A stretch of DNA of 64,000 bases from Catajapyx aquilonaris (taxonomy: Eukaryota). The notes beneath the pieces are model-generated. The model searched no databases. It was given only the letters and a program-made list of their open reading frames with translations, and was not told the DNA's origin. This document shows positions 38,700-51,263 of this stretch, piece by piece (position 1 is the first letter of the stretch; each line of letters opens with the position of its first letter). The position numbers and the translations under genes were made by a program. The stretch covers positions 1-64,000 of the forward strand of contig KZ538005.1 of NCBI GenBank assembly GCA_000934665.2, given 5' to 3'.

Positions 38700-40617
38700 C
38701 TGATGGAGAAATTATAACCTGAAAAATGTTTGAAAAAAATGTCCCCCCATAAGGAATAATAAAATTTTCAAACTAAAAACGTTAAAAAGTCTGAATATCA
38801 CGAAATCAGTCACATTTGAGTCTGATAGTTTCTCCATAGCTGTACACGAAATGTCACCCAAATGTGTAAGTCTTATCTTCTTATTTAAGCTTGTAGTCTT
38901 CATACGGAGTAAGCGCACTTTTCAGAACTTCTGCCATTTTCCTTTACTTTGATTTTTAGACTCGGTTGGGCTGATTTTACGTAAGCATCAGAATGATTGC
39001 GCATAATTTGAGCCTAAAAACTGGAAACAATCATGGAAGCCCAAGAATGCCTATCATACCTAAAGTACCAAAATTCTTCGGAACATTTGAAATGCCTTTT
39101 AAATATTTATATCAGCTGATTCCATTGATATTATCAGTTGATCAGCACATTATGGATTATTACTTTAATAAGGCAATTACCTAGAAAATCCTACATCTTG
39201 GCCGGTTCAAAACGCAGCTTGTCCAAAATTTCACGCCAGTTCCCATGTTTTGGTATCATATTTTAAATGTCTTCCTTTCGCTCTTCTTCATGCTAAATGG
39301 CCACTCCAAGTAGGTCTAATTCTTTCGTCTAACCCGACATAAAACTTGAATCTCGTTTTTTTTTCCTCCTCCTCCTTCCCAGCCTCCACTAGAAGCAGCA
39401 CCTTATCCTCCATGTCCTCCGGGCAAATTCCCAGCCTCCGTATATTCCATCGCGGAGATAAAGAGACGCAATTAGTCAACCACCATCCTTTTGTCATCCA
39501 CACCTCTCCCGTTTCCCAGTCGACTCTCTTCCCCCGCCTCCCCATTCTGCCTGCAGCAAGTATCATGCAGCCCCCCCCCCCCTCCTCCATCCCCCACCTT
39601 CCTCCCAAGCAGCGGAAAACCCCGACATTTGTTAGCCTGTCGCGATGCAAAGAGGAGGCTTAGGAGGGACTGAGTCCAATCGATCCCAGAAAAGCAGAGG
39701 AACGGCGTCAGAGGGGGGTACGGAAAGAGGACATCAAATACCGCTGCTCTTATGTTTGTCCTGCCAAAGAGAACCGTTGTTGCCGTGTGTAAATGGAGGA
39801 TTATTCCTTTTTGCTGAGGGTCGCGGCCGCGGGTTTTATGCAAAGTACACGTAAGGTCGTGTTGGAACTTGTAATTGATACCTGGGTTAAGAGGTAGGGG
39901 TGGTGGTAGGAGGGGGTTGTAAAGTACGGATCGAGAGGAGGAGGGGGCTTCTCCACTACTCTGCGCTGTTTTCCATTATGCAGTGTTTAATTAGAGGGGC
40001 GGGAAAGGCGTCGAGGGGATGGCACTTTTGGGCTGATCATGCACGAAACTGCTTCGGCCGACTAGATTGGAAGATCCCCCCTGGAGGATTCTTCCTTTTC
40101 CTACATTTCTCCTCAGAAACCCACCCCGCCTCCGACAACCCCAACTCTCCACCAAGAACCGTTCCTTTCACCTGCCGCCTTCCAAAAAAAATAAGAAAAA
40201 GAGCTAAGGAGAATTAAATTTACCTGTGAGGAAGGCAGATTGAAGGCTAACTTTCTATGGTAGAGAAAAAAGTTTTGACAGTTGAGTTTTTTTTTTTAAA
40301 AAAAAAAGGTGGGGGCGGAGTTTCCAGTTATTTGCGTGCCAGGAAAGGTCAGGGTGTAAAACATGAGTTGGTTTCTAAACTTTTTGTGTGTGTGAGAGAG
40401 AGAGAGAGAGGTAACTAAAGTGCAAAATGTTGCCTGGGGCATGCGGATTCTAATTTTGAAATTTTGCTGTGTCGTGCCAAAACTGTGTTCCTCTAATTGC
40501 TTTTAGAATTGTTATATTACAAGATATAATTTATGGTTCATCTCATACACTGTGTTACTTTATAAAGGCATACCATTAGCTTACAGTAATTCTCAACAAA
40601 ACTCGTGCTTAAAAATG

Positions 40618-40794
40618 GGTTACGCTTTCACTTTGGGAGACTTTTACCTACTTTCCTAGACTTGTATATGCTGAAAGATAGGTGTGGATCCGATGAAGGA
40701 TAGGTGTGTATCCACCGGGAAGAAAAGTTAAGTCATGGGGTAGGTTGGTACAGCGTGCCCATACCCCTGCCACATTGGGTCTTCCGATATGAAA
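40618..40794. repeat. Old interspersed element, copy 2
   Basis: Same-orientation homology to 12543-12700. It carries a tandem 22-nt unit (gctgaaagataggtgtggatcc / gatgaaggataggtgtgtatcc). Confidence 0.8.
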
Positions 40795-43700
40795 TTTTTC
40801 CTTAACAGTGTGTACAGTACATTGTTAGGAAACGACATAGTGAAACCTTATACTGGCACCTGACAGCGAAGTTTATCCTGGAAGAGACGCAACCCACATG
40901 CCTCTTCTGTTCAACGTGACGCATATTTTCAAGGGGCAAATTTTTCTGGCATTGTTACTGCTTTGTGACGTTGACTGAAATTACAACACTGATGCATTTG
41001 TTAACCTAAGTTAACCCACCACTAATGCAAGATTGGACAATCTTCCAGCGCATTTTGGGCGCAAATGACTCGAGCTGCACAATATTCCGAACTCCACTTG
41101 AAAAGCCACCTGAAATATAGGCAATATATATGCATTTTTGTGCCGGAACTCGACTGGCTTGGCAGTTTCTTTCACTTCTTTATTCCCGCCGTCCCCTCGC
41201 CCTGGTTCCGCAGTATAATCCAAAATGTATGTGAATAGGTTAGGGGCGGCACCAAGAAGAAGAAAAAAAGAAGAAGAGGAAGAAGAAGAAGGCTGGCAAC
41301 TGAAGCGGTAATATTCGGGGGCGCAAAGCAAGAATCGCAGGGAAGAAGAAGAAGAGATAGGGGAAAGCAGAAAAAAAGAAGTGCATAAAAAGGAGCGGAT
41401 ATCCTGCGGACCTTTTGCCGAGAGTAGGAAGGCGGGCTTTTGGTCTGCTCATCCACTGATGAAATTTACCTTCCGCGTCAGTCTTTGTCGAGGCTTCTTC
41501 TTTTCCAATTCTGTCTGGCAGCAGGCGAGGAGTCGGCGCAGCCAACGATAACAAGGCCTCGGGAGAAGTAGATAACAAGAGGAACGGTATAGGTGGAAGA
41601 CCCTACCCTCAGGCCCCCTCCAGGAAGCCATGGATGATAAGCAGAGGATTTCGACCCTTCTTTTCACTCACCCTCCAGTATAGGTCTGAGATGGTCAGGA
41701 ATTTTGGCCTTCTACGATAGAGTATTCAAATTAACACTATTCTCACAGATAATGTGATAACGCACAAAAGCAAATATCAGATGAGTTGAAAGAAAGAAAC
41801 TTTCATATGAAAGTGTTGCACACGGCCACTGCCTATTGGCCTCCCCCTGCATAATTGTATAGAGGTGCTGAGAAATGGCCCTTTTTGTCTGGAAGTGTTT
41901 AGAAGTCCGAGCGATAGACGCAGGGTTTTGTCGGAATAGCACAGAGAGTCTGGCTTTATTAGCCCTTGGCGTGGATTTGCTCGGATGTTAACGATTGGCG
42001 AGGACGGCGACTTCGTTAAAAGCTACGGCCCCTCTGGGAGGGTTTCACGGTTAACCGGCGGGAGAAAAACAGGCTTTTCCAGACCCAAATAATTTTCTTT
42101 CTGAGAGATAAAAATGTGTAGGAGCGCATAGGGTCTGAGATTTCATCCACGTTCGAGCAGAACGAACGAACGAACGAACCGAAGGGAGAAAAAACGTTTG
42201 GCTGAGTCTGCACCATTAGGGCAGCATCCGCTATATGTTTCCATTGGTGTCAGAAGTGGGAAATGTCTACAGAATGTTTTGGAATCGTAAGATATTTGGT
42301 TTCTGTGTGCTTTTCTGAAAAATTGCTTCCTACGTGCTGGAAACTTGGATAGGATTGCCATGCTTCATTTTTTCAGAGCTAGTGTTAAGTGTGAGGGAAA
42401 TGTCTAGGCGACAACCAGTAACGACGTTGGGTGCACCTAACACGTGCTGCGCAACCCACATGGCATATTATCCTGGAACTTATGCACACAGGTATGAATT
42501 CACCTGGCACAGACTGGGTCATGCGCATGATACAGCAAAGAACTATTGTCTGACCATCGATTCTGGCCTCCTGGTGGGAGGAGCTTCTAAGCGCGGCAAA
42601 TCTTGCCACACTACACCTCACTCATACCGAAGAAGCTGGAAGCATTATTCTAAGGTTGCCCCTTAAAAGTGTCCCACCCTCCGCAACATTTCAATCTCAC
42701 AGTACACTCGTATGCTTCTTTCCCCTTAAGTCGTGAATCGCCCAGGGACGACATTGTTGTAGACTGTAGAGCATTCATTCGCCGTGGCCAGAATTCTTGC
42801 TGGACCAATATACAGGACTGGTTGAAGGCAAATGTAGTGTGAGTTGTCACGTTTGTCAACGGTAGCCAAATGTCTTTCTTTGTCTATGTGTAGTTATCAG
42901 TTCTTACCTCGACAATTCTCACTCTTATAGTTCATATTTGTTTTGAAGACTCCCTTGTAATACGTGTATATCCCATGCAAACCTGACTTTACGGTATATT
43001 GTCTAATTGCGCCATAAAAATTATAACAACTACGATCGAGCCTGGGTGCACGTCTTACATGATGCCAATCTAAATGTTAACAATGACCTCTCGCACTGCT
43101 TTATGCTGTTTGAGATTTATTCCCCATCCATTGTTCTCGAGGAATTTTACCTTAACAGTTTCCACACTAAAAATTTGTTACAGCTTAGCGTTACTCACCC
43201 AGCAGGTCTGACCATCGGCTATGACTATTCGCAATGTTGACATAATGTCGAACCTATAGTATATTTGTAGCTTACTTGCATCATCCATTTATCAATCTGT
43301 TTACACTGTTTATTCACTAGTTTATTGTGTTTATTGATTATGATTATTTATTAGTCTGTTTTTACTGATTACACGGGTTTGATCTGTGTCATCCTGCATG
43401 CTATTGTTGGACCTAATTAAAACTTGTTCCAATAACTTATTGCTTAGTATTGTGAGTACGCATAAGGTCTCCCATTTAACCCATTGCAACAATATATGTA
43501 ACGAAAAACATGGTGTGCTAAATCAGATAACCCAGCACATACCGGCACTCCCGGGGATCCAACTCAGTGAGGAAAACGATACGCAAACCTGAGCCCGGGA
43601 ATGAGATAAGGTGCCGTAACTACCGGTACATATTTGGGGCCCAAACAACAGCAGTAAAAACTCCCAGGAACCGCTTTTCCCCCTGTACCCTGTAAAAAGG

Positions 43701-44477
43701 AAGCACGCCCCGCCGAAACTTGGCACAAAAGAGTCGCAGTTGAAAGTTTGCGCCATGAAATACCATAAACCGCACAGCGCACGCAGTTATCTGATTGCGC
43801 AGGTAATGAATATGACAAAATTACACCCTAATTGCAGAGGGGGAGGGGAAGCCTACGCAATTGCAGCTGAGAGGCGGAAGGGTAGATGGGGGAGGGTTTC
43901 GAATAGCCTCCCTAGAGACCGGTATTAGAACCCGTCTCAACTGTATATCCTACCCGTGTCAACCCAAGGACTGCGGCATTTATAAGCAAAAACACTCGAC
44001 CAGATTTACGGCACTGCCTAAATTCGGCCTGGGGAAAAGAAAGGCGGCCGAAAAATACTGTGGCCCGGCTTTTTTGAAGCCCAGCCGTAAATTTTGCTCT
44101 TACAATAGAATCCATCGCTTGAGGGGGGGTAGGTAGGCCCAAAGTTCTCTTAGTAATTCCGTTCGGTTGTGGGTGGTAAGGTGAGGCAGAGAGAATGCTA
44201 CAGGAACCCGATACAGCCATTTGGCTTTTCGGAACCGTCCGGGGATACTATGTGGGGAATCATTCTCCTGGAGCGAGAGGTAATTTCGGGGCCATAGGAA
44301 TTCGGGGGGAGACCTAAAGGGTCACACAAAGGTCAAACGGTTCCGACTATGATCGAATATACAATACTTGAGGGAGGGAGGGGGGGGGTGTATGATAGCG
44401 CTGAAATTCGATAACCGCAAGTGCAGTGGAGCTTGAGAAATGCTGGGTTGCTTGGTTCCAGTTTTCTAGGTGATTAC

Positions 44478-44580
44478 GTGTCCGGTAGTTTGAGGTGGAC
44501 ACCATATTGGACACTATGGGGGATAGTGTCCCACATAGGGATCGAACTCGGGATCCGAGCCTGAACATGGTGGCTTTTGG
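44478..44580 (-). repeat. Degenerate SINE-like remnant (B box plus hairpin)
   Basis: gggatcgaactcggga (44538-44553) is identical to the B-box region of the SINE at 38433-38699. Next to it is a perfect 9-bp stem, ggacactat-ggggg-atagtgtcc (44509-44531). No A box or TSD is visible. Confidence 0.4.
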
Positions 44581-47500
44581 GCTTGATTTTGGGACAACGA
44601 CTACAATGTAAGGTTTCGTGCGCGAGAGTGACAGTGTCACTTGCACCTAAGTACAGTTCGTGCCAAGGCAACATTCCCAGTGCGAGGAAGTGGGAGGAGC
44701 AGGGTTGGCACGTGGCTCACGAAAACCGGGCATCACGTAATCCCCCCCGCCTCATAGTATGAAGTTCAAAGTCAGGGCCTGTAACGACAAGGCAATTTTA
44801 ATTTTATTTTCTACAATCCACGTCTGAGTCGAGTGAGGGGCAGTTTTGGGAATGGTTTCTTTGCATGCGGAGTCCGCATTTAAAGCCATCACGTTGCGAC
44901 ACCACCAGTCATTAGTTAAAATAACGGCCAAGTCTGAACTCGGCAGGCAGTGACTTCTGACTTCATCATCCACAAGTATCAATTACCCTGCCCGGGATAA
45001 CATCGAAGGGTAATGTGGGGGTCCCCCCTTACCTCCCCTCCTCCCTTCCTCCAGTCCTGACTTATGGTCTTGAGGAATTGCAAAAGTGATATTTGCCCAG
45101 CCGATAAAGGCCTGTGGGCTGGTGTCTATCACGAAGGTGCATCCGGGACATTTTCGTTTCTTTGCTCACGGAAGTCCAAATTGGACAATATTAAAGCACA
45201 GGGACGATCGTGGAATCATGGGGGAAGGAGGAGATTATACCGGACGGCATTTTTCTCAAGTTGGTCGCTAGCTGGCGCTGATGTTGGTTTAGGAAGTTTG
45301 TTCTTTGGAATAATAATGTATATTACTACTAACGGAAAACTACTTAAATAAATAATAAAGCGGAATTCTATCAAATATGGGCTGCATTGTTTTTATATGT
45401 ATGACGTAGTGCCTCATCAACAATTTTTCCAGGCGGTCCACCTAGGACAGTATGTGTGATTGTTCTTTTTCACGCAGGAGAAGCTAACAGGCCGAAAATT
45501 GATTGGGTTTGATTAACAAGTTTAAATATGCAGCGAAAACTATCAATAAAGCAGGGTTGATGAAGCGGGGAACTGGCAGTGGTGGTAATTACGCCATGTT
45601 GGTGCATAAAAGGAGAGGCTGACTTTTAGTGATTCGGGATGCTGATGAGCCTGACAGTCTCGTTGTTCATGCATGCCCTTGACCCAATATGGTTTCTGTG
45701 TGCTGTGCAGTACATGCACTTCAATAAAATAACTTTGAGGCTGATTTATTTAACGAGGTATAATTATTGCGTGAGTTGGGTCATCAGGGTACACTTTCAG
45801 CAATGTAGGTTCCTCGATTTTGTGCCAATGTTGCATCTTCATCATAATACTAATGTACGCTGAGATTATAAAATAAGCGAAATAATTTAGATATTTGTCA
45901 TCAATACGGGTTCTACTTTAAAATTGCTGTCATTTTTAAAAAATCTATTGGTTTACAATAATTAGTGTCGAAAATTGACATTATCATATCATTTATCGTG
46001 CTTTCAAAGTAGACAGGAACTATAAGATAAAGATATCCGGGCCGTAACTTTGATGAGGAAATCGAGCATCAAATTATTTCCCCAATATTAGGATGCGTTC
46101 ATTATGCGGCCTGAGCAGCCTGAGATAAGTCAGGCTTCTAAAGGTCATCCGCTTTAAATATCCGGCTGAAACATTTAAAATTTCATCAAATTGGGCCACC
46201 TTATGTGCATACTCCTAATCACGCCCCACTGTAAAAAAAACAGTTGTCATTATGCGTTCAGAAGTATGCAAACTTCGTGCGTGTACACAATGTGGAATCA
46301 TGCATGGCGGCAGCCACGCGGGCGGATACTCCAAACCGTAATGGGTCACTTTATGACCCTGTTCCAAGTGACCTCGTATCCTTTCTTCCTCCCACATGGG
46401 CAGCCATTGGCAGAGAAGGCCGATGGGAGCCAGTTCCCCGGAGCCTGCTTGCTATTTCCCTCTCCCGGATAAAACCCAGGGCGCTGCAACTTGGCTTTAT
46501 TCCTGGCACTCTATGTTGCACTTGGTCTCGTCGAGTAAACAACCCTTACCTTTTTTGTGTATGTGTGTTTCCTTCTCTCCTTTTTCCGGGCTTCACCACT
46601 CCCAAGCCGGTCCCCTAAACCCCTTTACCCACAATCCACCTCGACGAGATGAGGGTAGGAACAACGATTCGCAACCTTCTAAACAAAGGATGGCAAAAAG
46701 TTGAAAATTGCTGCCTTTCAGGTGGAGCCAAGTTCAAAAATGGGTTGGACTGTAATGGAGGATTGTGCACTTTTTATGGTTCATTACTGGGAGTCATAAC
46801 ACGATGTAAGCTGCAAAGAGGAGGGGCGTCGTTGTTGCTTCGAGGCGTCCTTAAGCTGCCTAGGTCAAGATTTTATCCCTACTGGGGCAGCAAAATGAAG
46901 CTAATTCTAATATGAGTTAGGAAAGAAATATAAGCATGCACGCATAGCTCTTGCTTTTAGTCATTATGTTATGTAACTTTTTGGAGAAATATATTGCAAT
47001 GATTGATCATGTAAGGATGGCACTGCAATATATTATAATGCTCATCAATTAGGCTAATTGTGTCTGCCATGTAGAAGTTAGAAACTAATTCAGCAGCCTT
47101 TCCTGCAAGATCTAAGAGCTTAAAACGTGAGCCAATAAAGACACCCCCTCCCTAAGCACCATAACTACTGAAAGTGATTTTGTGCAATAATCGTCCTCAG
47201 ATCAGAGAGTCTGAGCAAGTACCACATCCGACACCCAACAGCGATACATAATTGACCATCTTGGAAGCAAAGTGGGCGGAGAACCACACTGCCTTAGAAA
47301 CCGCTGCAACTGTAGGGTATCACGTAGTGCGACTCGAAACTTTTTGAATCCTGGAGGTTATCAGGGGTGAATAATAGATTCCAGGATGGGAGGAACAGTC
47401 ACTATGCAATATGCATTACTTGGCAGTCCCTTTTCCAGGCCAAACTTTTCTATTCCTGCGGGCAAAATGTGTTCGGCCCGCAATAGAAAAACATGTTCAT

Positions 47501-49384
47501 CTTCCCCCGGGCCTGAGAAAGAAAGCAAGTTTGACATATCCTTCTGACAACCCGAAGATTTCAAACGAACGGAATTCATTTATTCCATTGGATGAGACAA
47601 AAAAAAAGAGAGACAGTTTGGAAACGGGTCCACTTGTACCCCCTTTTTTCAGCCAATTTTTTTACGGGAGCCATTTGCCTGTCGGATGTGGACCGTATCA
47701 ACAGGAACGAGTCCCCTGCGAATCATACTCTTCTTTTAACTACTTTGGAAATAGTTTGTTTATTTCGTGCGGGGACGTGAGGAGATTTACCTTCAGCTCG
47801 TTGGAGGATAATTGTCGCCAGGTCTTGGTGCGGGTAATGGAATTAGAGTGGTTCTCTCTACCATCTTGCGGGACCTACTTGTTGACTCCCATTGCAGATT
47901 CGGATGTATCAAAATTCCTACAAAAAATAGCTTAATGGCTGAAATGTGTCACATTTTATGCTCTAAGAATCGCTCCATAGGCCGCCTAAACAGGTCGCAA
48001 AAGGAAGGAATCCTGGTCTGACAAGACCACCGTTGATTCCCCATACGTAGCTCGCATCTGGATCAATCAATCACCCGCTGATTTACTTCGTGTCAGGAGC
48101 GAAAATCTCAGCCAAGAAAAAGGACAGGGTAAGGCACTCAAGACTGTGTCTTTCGACGACATCCGGGAAGTTGGTTCAGGGGGGATGTTGGGGAGGTGGG
48201 GAGGTGGGGAGAGGAGGAGGGGAACCAGAAAAGACGGTCCTGATTCTTTTGCTAGGCTTGCTTTGTCCTTCTTCGACCTCAGACCCATTCATGTGGCAAG
48301 AGCACAAGAATAATAGGGGGTTCCCCGCAACTTTGATTCCTTTTTAATGACTGCGTATAATAGGTTGCCGAGTTAGAAGAGTGAGTTCCTTAATGAAAAT
48401 AAGGGTCGGGATAAGTCTGAGAAATTGATGGATTAAGAGTGTGGTTTATACATCACGCATGGGTGTCACGGATCACGTGTCTCTTTCCTGTGAAGGTGAC
48501 AAATGTTGGGTGACAGGTGCAGGCGGCTTAAGCGTCAAGTGTCGTCATTGATGAAGAGACGGATTGCGATTTTTGTTGAAGCCGTTTCTCCATTCACCTT
48601 TGGCACGCTATAGTGTATGGTAAAGACCTGGTCGTTTGCGTGTCAGCAGTATAATCAACACTCATTTCCTTGTTCGAATATTAACAGTTTTGCAACGACT
48701 TTTTGGGGACCAGTTGGTCTGGTTGAAGCTTCCTACCCCACCTCGATGTATAACTTTATATATTGTTGCGGAAAGATCTACGTGTGTAAGTCGGGGACTG
48801 GCTGTACTGTAGATATAGCGGCATTTGTATATACAAGTTATTTGCAAGCTATGTAGACTACTCTCGCTAGCAAAAGGATACAGACGGTTGCTTGTATAGG
48901 TTTGATCTTGTAGGTTTGTATACTGGGAGGAACTGAGGCGATTACAGTAATGGCATACCATAGTAGGCTACTGGATGTGACTAAGGGAACTCGCAATATT
49001 TCCGTGATTAGTAGCCTACATCTCTTGCTCTCGGTCATTCAAGTACTAAGTACAAGTAGTACTGTACAAGTAGGGCCTATACACACCATACATCGTCTTC
49101 GCAACACGGAAGGGACATTACAGTGGATAATAATATGAACCAAGGCCATGAGCACTCACTTCTATACGATTTAATTGGTTGGTAATATTAAAATTATTAA
49201 TGCTTCTTTATGAGGAAACTCGTGATAATTGTATGTGTCGATGCGACGCAGTTACTTCTTGATTCGTGTCCGAATGTTTGTCTGCAACAATGGTATAGTT
49301 GCCTGTGTGCTAGGTCAAATAAAATTATCTAGAACCACATGATGAGAGTCCAAAAACCCGCAGTTTTATGTCCACCTCCACAAT

Positions 49385-49800
49385 TTAAGACGTGTCACCC
49401 ACTAACGTCTGTTCCACAATGTCAGAAAAAATGAAGGGCCATATCTGCAAGTACTTGTTCAAATTGATCGTGTGGCTCCCTCTCACCTCTTCAGTCACTA
49501 AACTCACGCTCTTTGACCAAAGCACCTCGTCGAAGCCTAAAATGTCACGCAGCTCCGGACTGTGCGATTGTGCATGTGACACGAGCGGAAACTTGGTCCA
49601 TCAACCACTTTACATATGAACTCTCTGTTAGGCCATCCACTTCATTAATAATGGCATCAATAAGGTCTGCAACTGATTCGTATCTGCCCAGGGGTGGTTG
49701 TTTCAATGTTTTTTCACGCCTTTTAAAAATTCCAAAATAACTTATCTGATTTAAATTCGAGTGTATACGTAAGTTCAATTTTACGTAGCCTAACTCGGAA
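49385..49800 (-). pseudogene. Degraded fragment of a Polinton/Maverick (adintovirus-like) minor capsid/penton gene
   Basis: Two overlapping minus-strand frames join across a frameshift near 49560: PPLGRYESVADLIDAIINEVDG..VKWLMDQVSARVTCTI / SPELRDILGF..RGSHTINLNKYLQIWPFIFSDIVEQTLVGDT*. The motif order matches the Polinton penton pattern as I recall it (P-G-Y-ES-LI-AIN; SP-L-ILGF; DLN; [YF]-[SC]DIVE-VGD). Weaker matches flank it in shifted frames or after the stop (FRVRLRKIELTYT upstream, IVEVDIK downstream). Confidence 0.72.
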
Positions 49801-50861
49801 CCTTTTAAAAATTATACTCCTATAGTGTATGCGCGGTAGTGTACCCTATAGTCTACATCTGCACTGTCCTATATCCAGTTGAGGCCGTTTCTCGCAATTG
49901 CTGGAATTGTACGTTACCAGCAGTTACCAGTTCCGTAATTTTTAGCTCTTCTAAATTATTTTTTTGAGCATGTCGGAAATCTCATACGTAAGTCCAAATT
50001 TGCGTGTGTCTGGGCTACGTAAGACGGGGACTGCCTGCACTTTCTATCGCTCTTAGCCATGCTATTATTAAGTAATTACGCTACTTGTCATCGATGGGGC
50101 TTCACAATAGCGTACCGCATGATGGTAAACCCAGAACAAGTGGTTGATCCCACAAGATTAATGATTAATTCTGAGTTTACTATTGATCACACAACCGGCC
50201 TTCATTTGAAGCATTCTTGTTGTAAAGGTCAGCCAAGGTGCCCGCAAGGTGTAGTCTAATCAGGTGACCAATATCAAGTAAAAGTGCAAGGGGTTGCAAA
50301 ACGTTTTGTGTGCAGTGCGACTGTGGAGGGAAGCATTCGATCTGCAGTAATAAAGGCGTTGTAGGAAGCATAATGTAAACCTTTCCTATCTGATGGCAAA
50401 CCAAGATTGATGAGGCACAGGCGTAGTGGAACTGGCCGCAAAGGAGCACGATGCATGGGCCCATGCCTTTCCGTTTTCGTCCTTGACGAATGTGGAGGGG
50501 GGAATACGGGGACTACCTTTCTTCCTCGACCAACTTTGACCTTAGCCCCCACACAATGACTTAATGCCAACCTCTTCCGCCCCCATTGCAATACTGCATT
50601 TCTTTCTTTCGGGACTCCCGAATTTCCGGTCGCACCCTCCCTTCCTTACCTAGGGTCACGACACAAATTACTGTTTTCAGGTCCTTACATTTATATTCAT
50701 AACTGATGTTGACAACGCACGACACACTGCCCTGTTACCTGCAGTATTTATTGTCCTGCTTCGTAGGCACGACTCATGGCTTTCTCATCATAATTTTGTA
50801 ACAATGTCCTAATTGCAATGTCCATTTTTCATACATTCTAACCCATACCTGGCGTCTTATA

Positions 50862-51263
50862 CAGGGTTCGGAAATTCAGCCTACCGTCGCGTCGCTTTGG
50901 GAAATGATAGAGGGGTTCTAGGCGATCACTTTGAGTTTCTGCAACATGGTTCTCCGACGCATAGTTACCGAGACAATCAGCATGAAATAAAAAGTGAATT
51001 ATCCCAGCTTATAGGTTTCGAATACTGCTTACGATACTTCCATTCCCTAGGGCCCCAGACCAATAACGCCTTAAACAAAAATGAAAAAGGTAAGGTCGCG
51101 TGGAGGGATGCCTACATGCCAGGATATTTTACACATTGTGTTTGAAGCACATTATTTCGGTAACTATGCGTCGGAAACCCATGTTGCTTATATACTCAAA
51201 GTGATCGCCTAGAACCCCTCTGTCATTTCCCAAAGCGACGGTAGGTTAAATTTTCGAACCCTG
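50862..51263. mobile_element. Tc1/mariner-type MITE, family B
   Basis: TA|CAGGGTTCGGAAATT..CCTACCGTCGC..TTTGGGAAATGATAGAGGGGTTCTAGGCGATCACTTTGAGT ... ACTCAAAGTGATCGCCTAGAACCCCTCTGTCATTTCCCAAAGCGACGGTAGG..AATTTTCGAACCCTG|TA. TIRs are about 70 bp. Confidence 0.93.
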
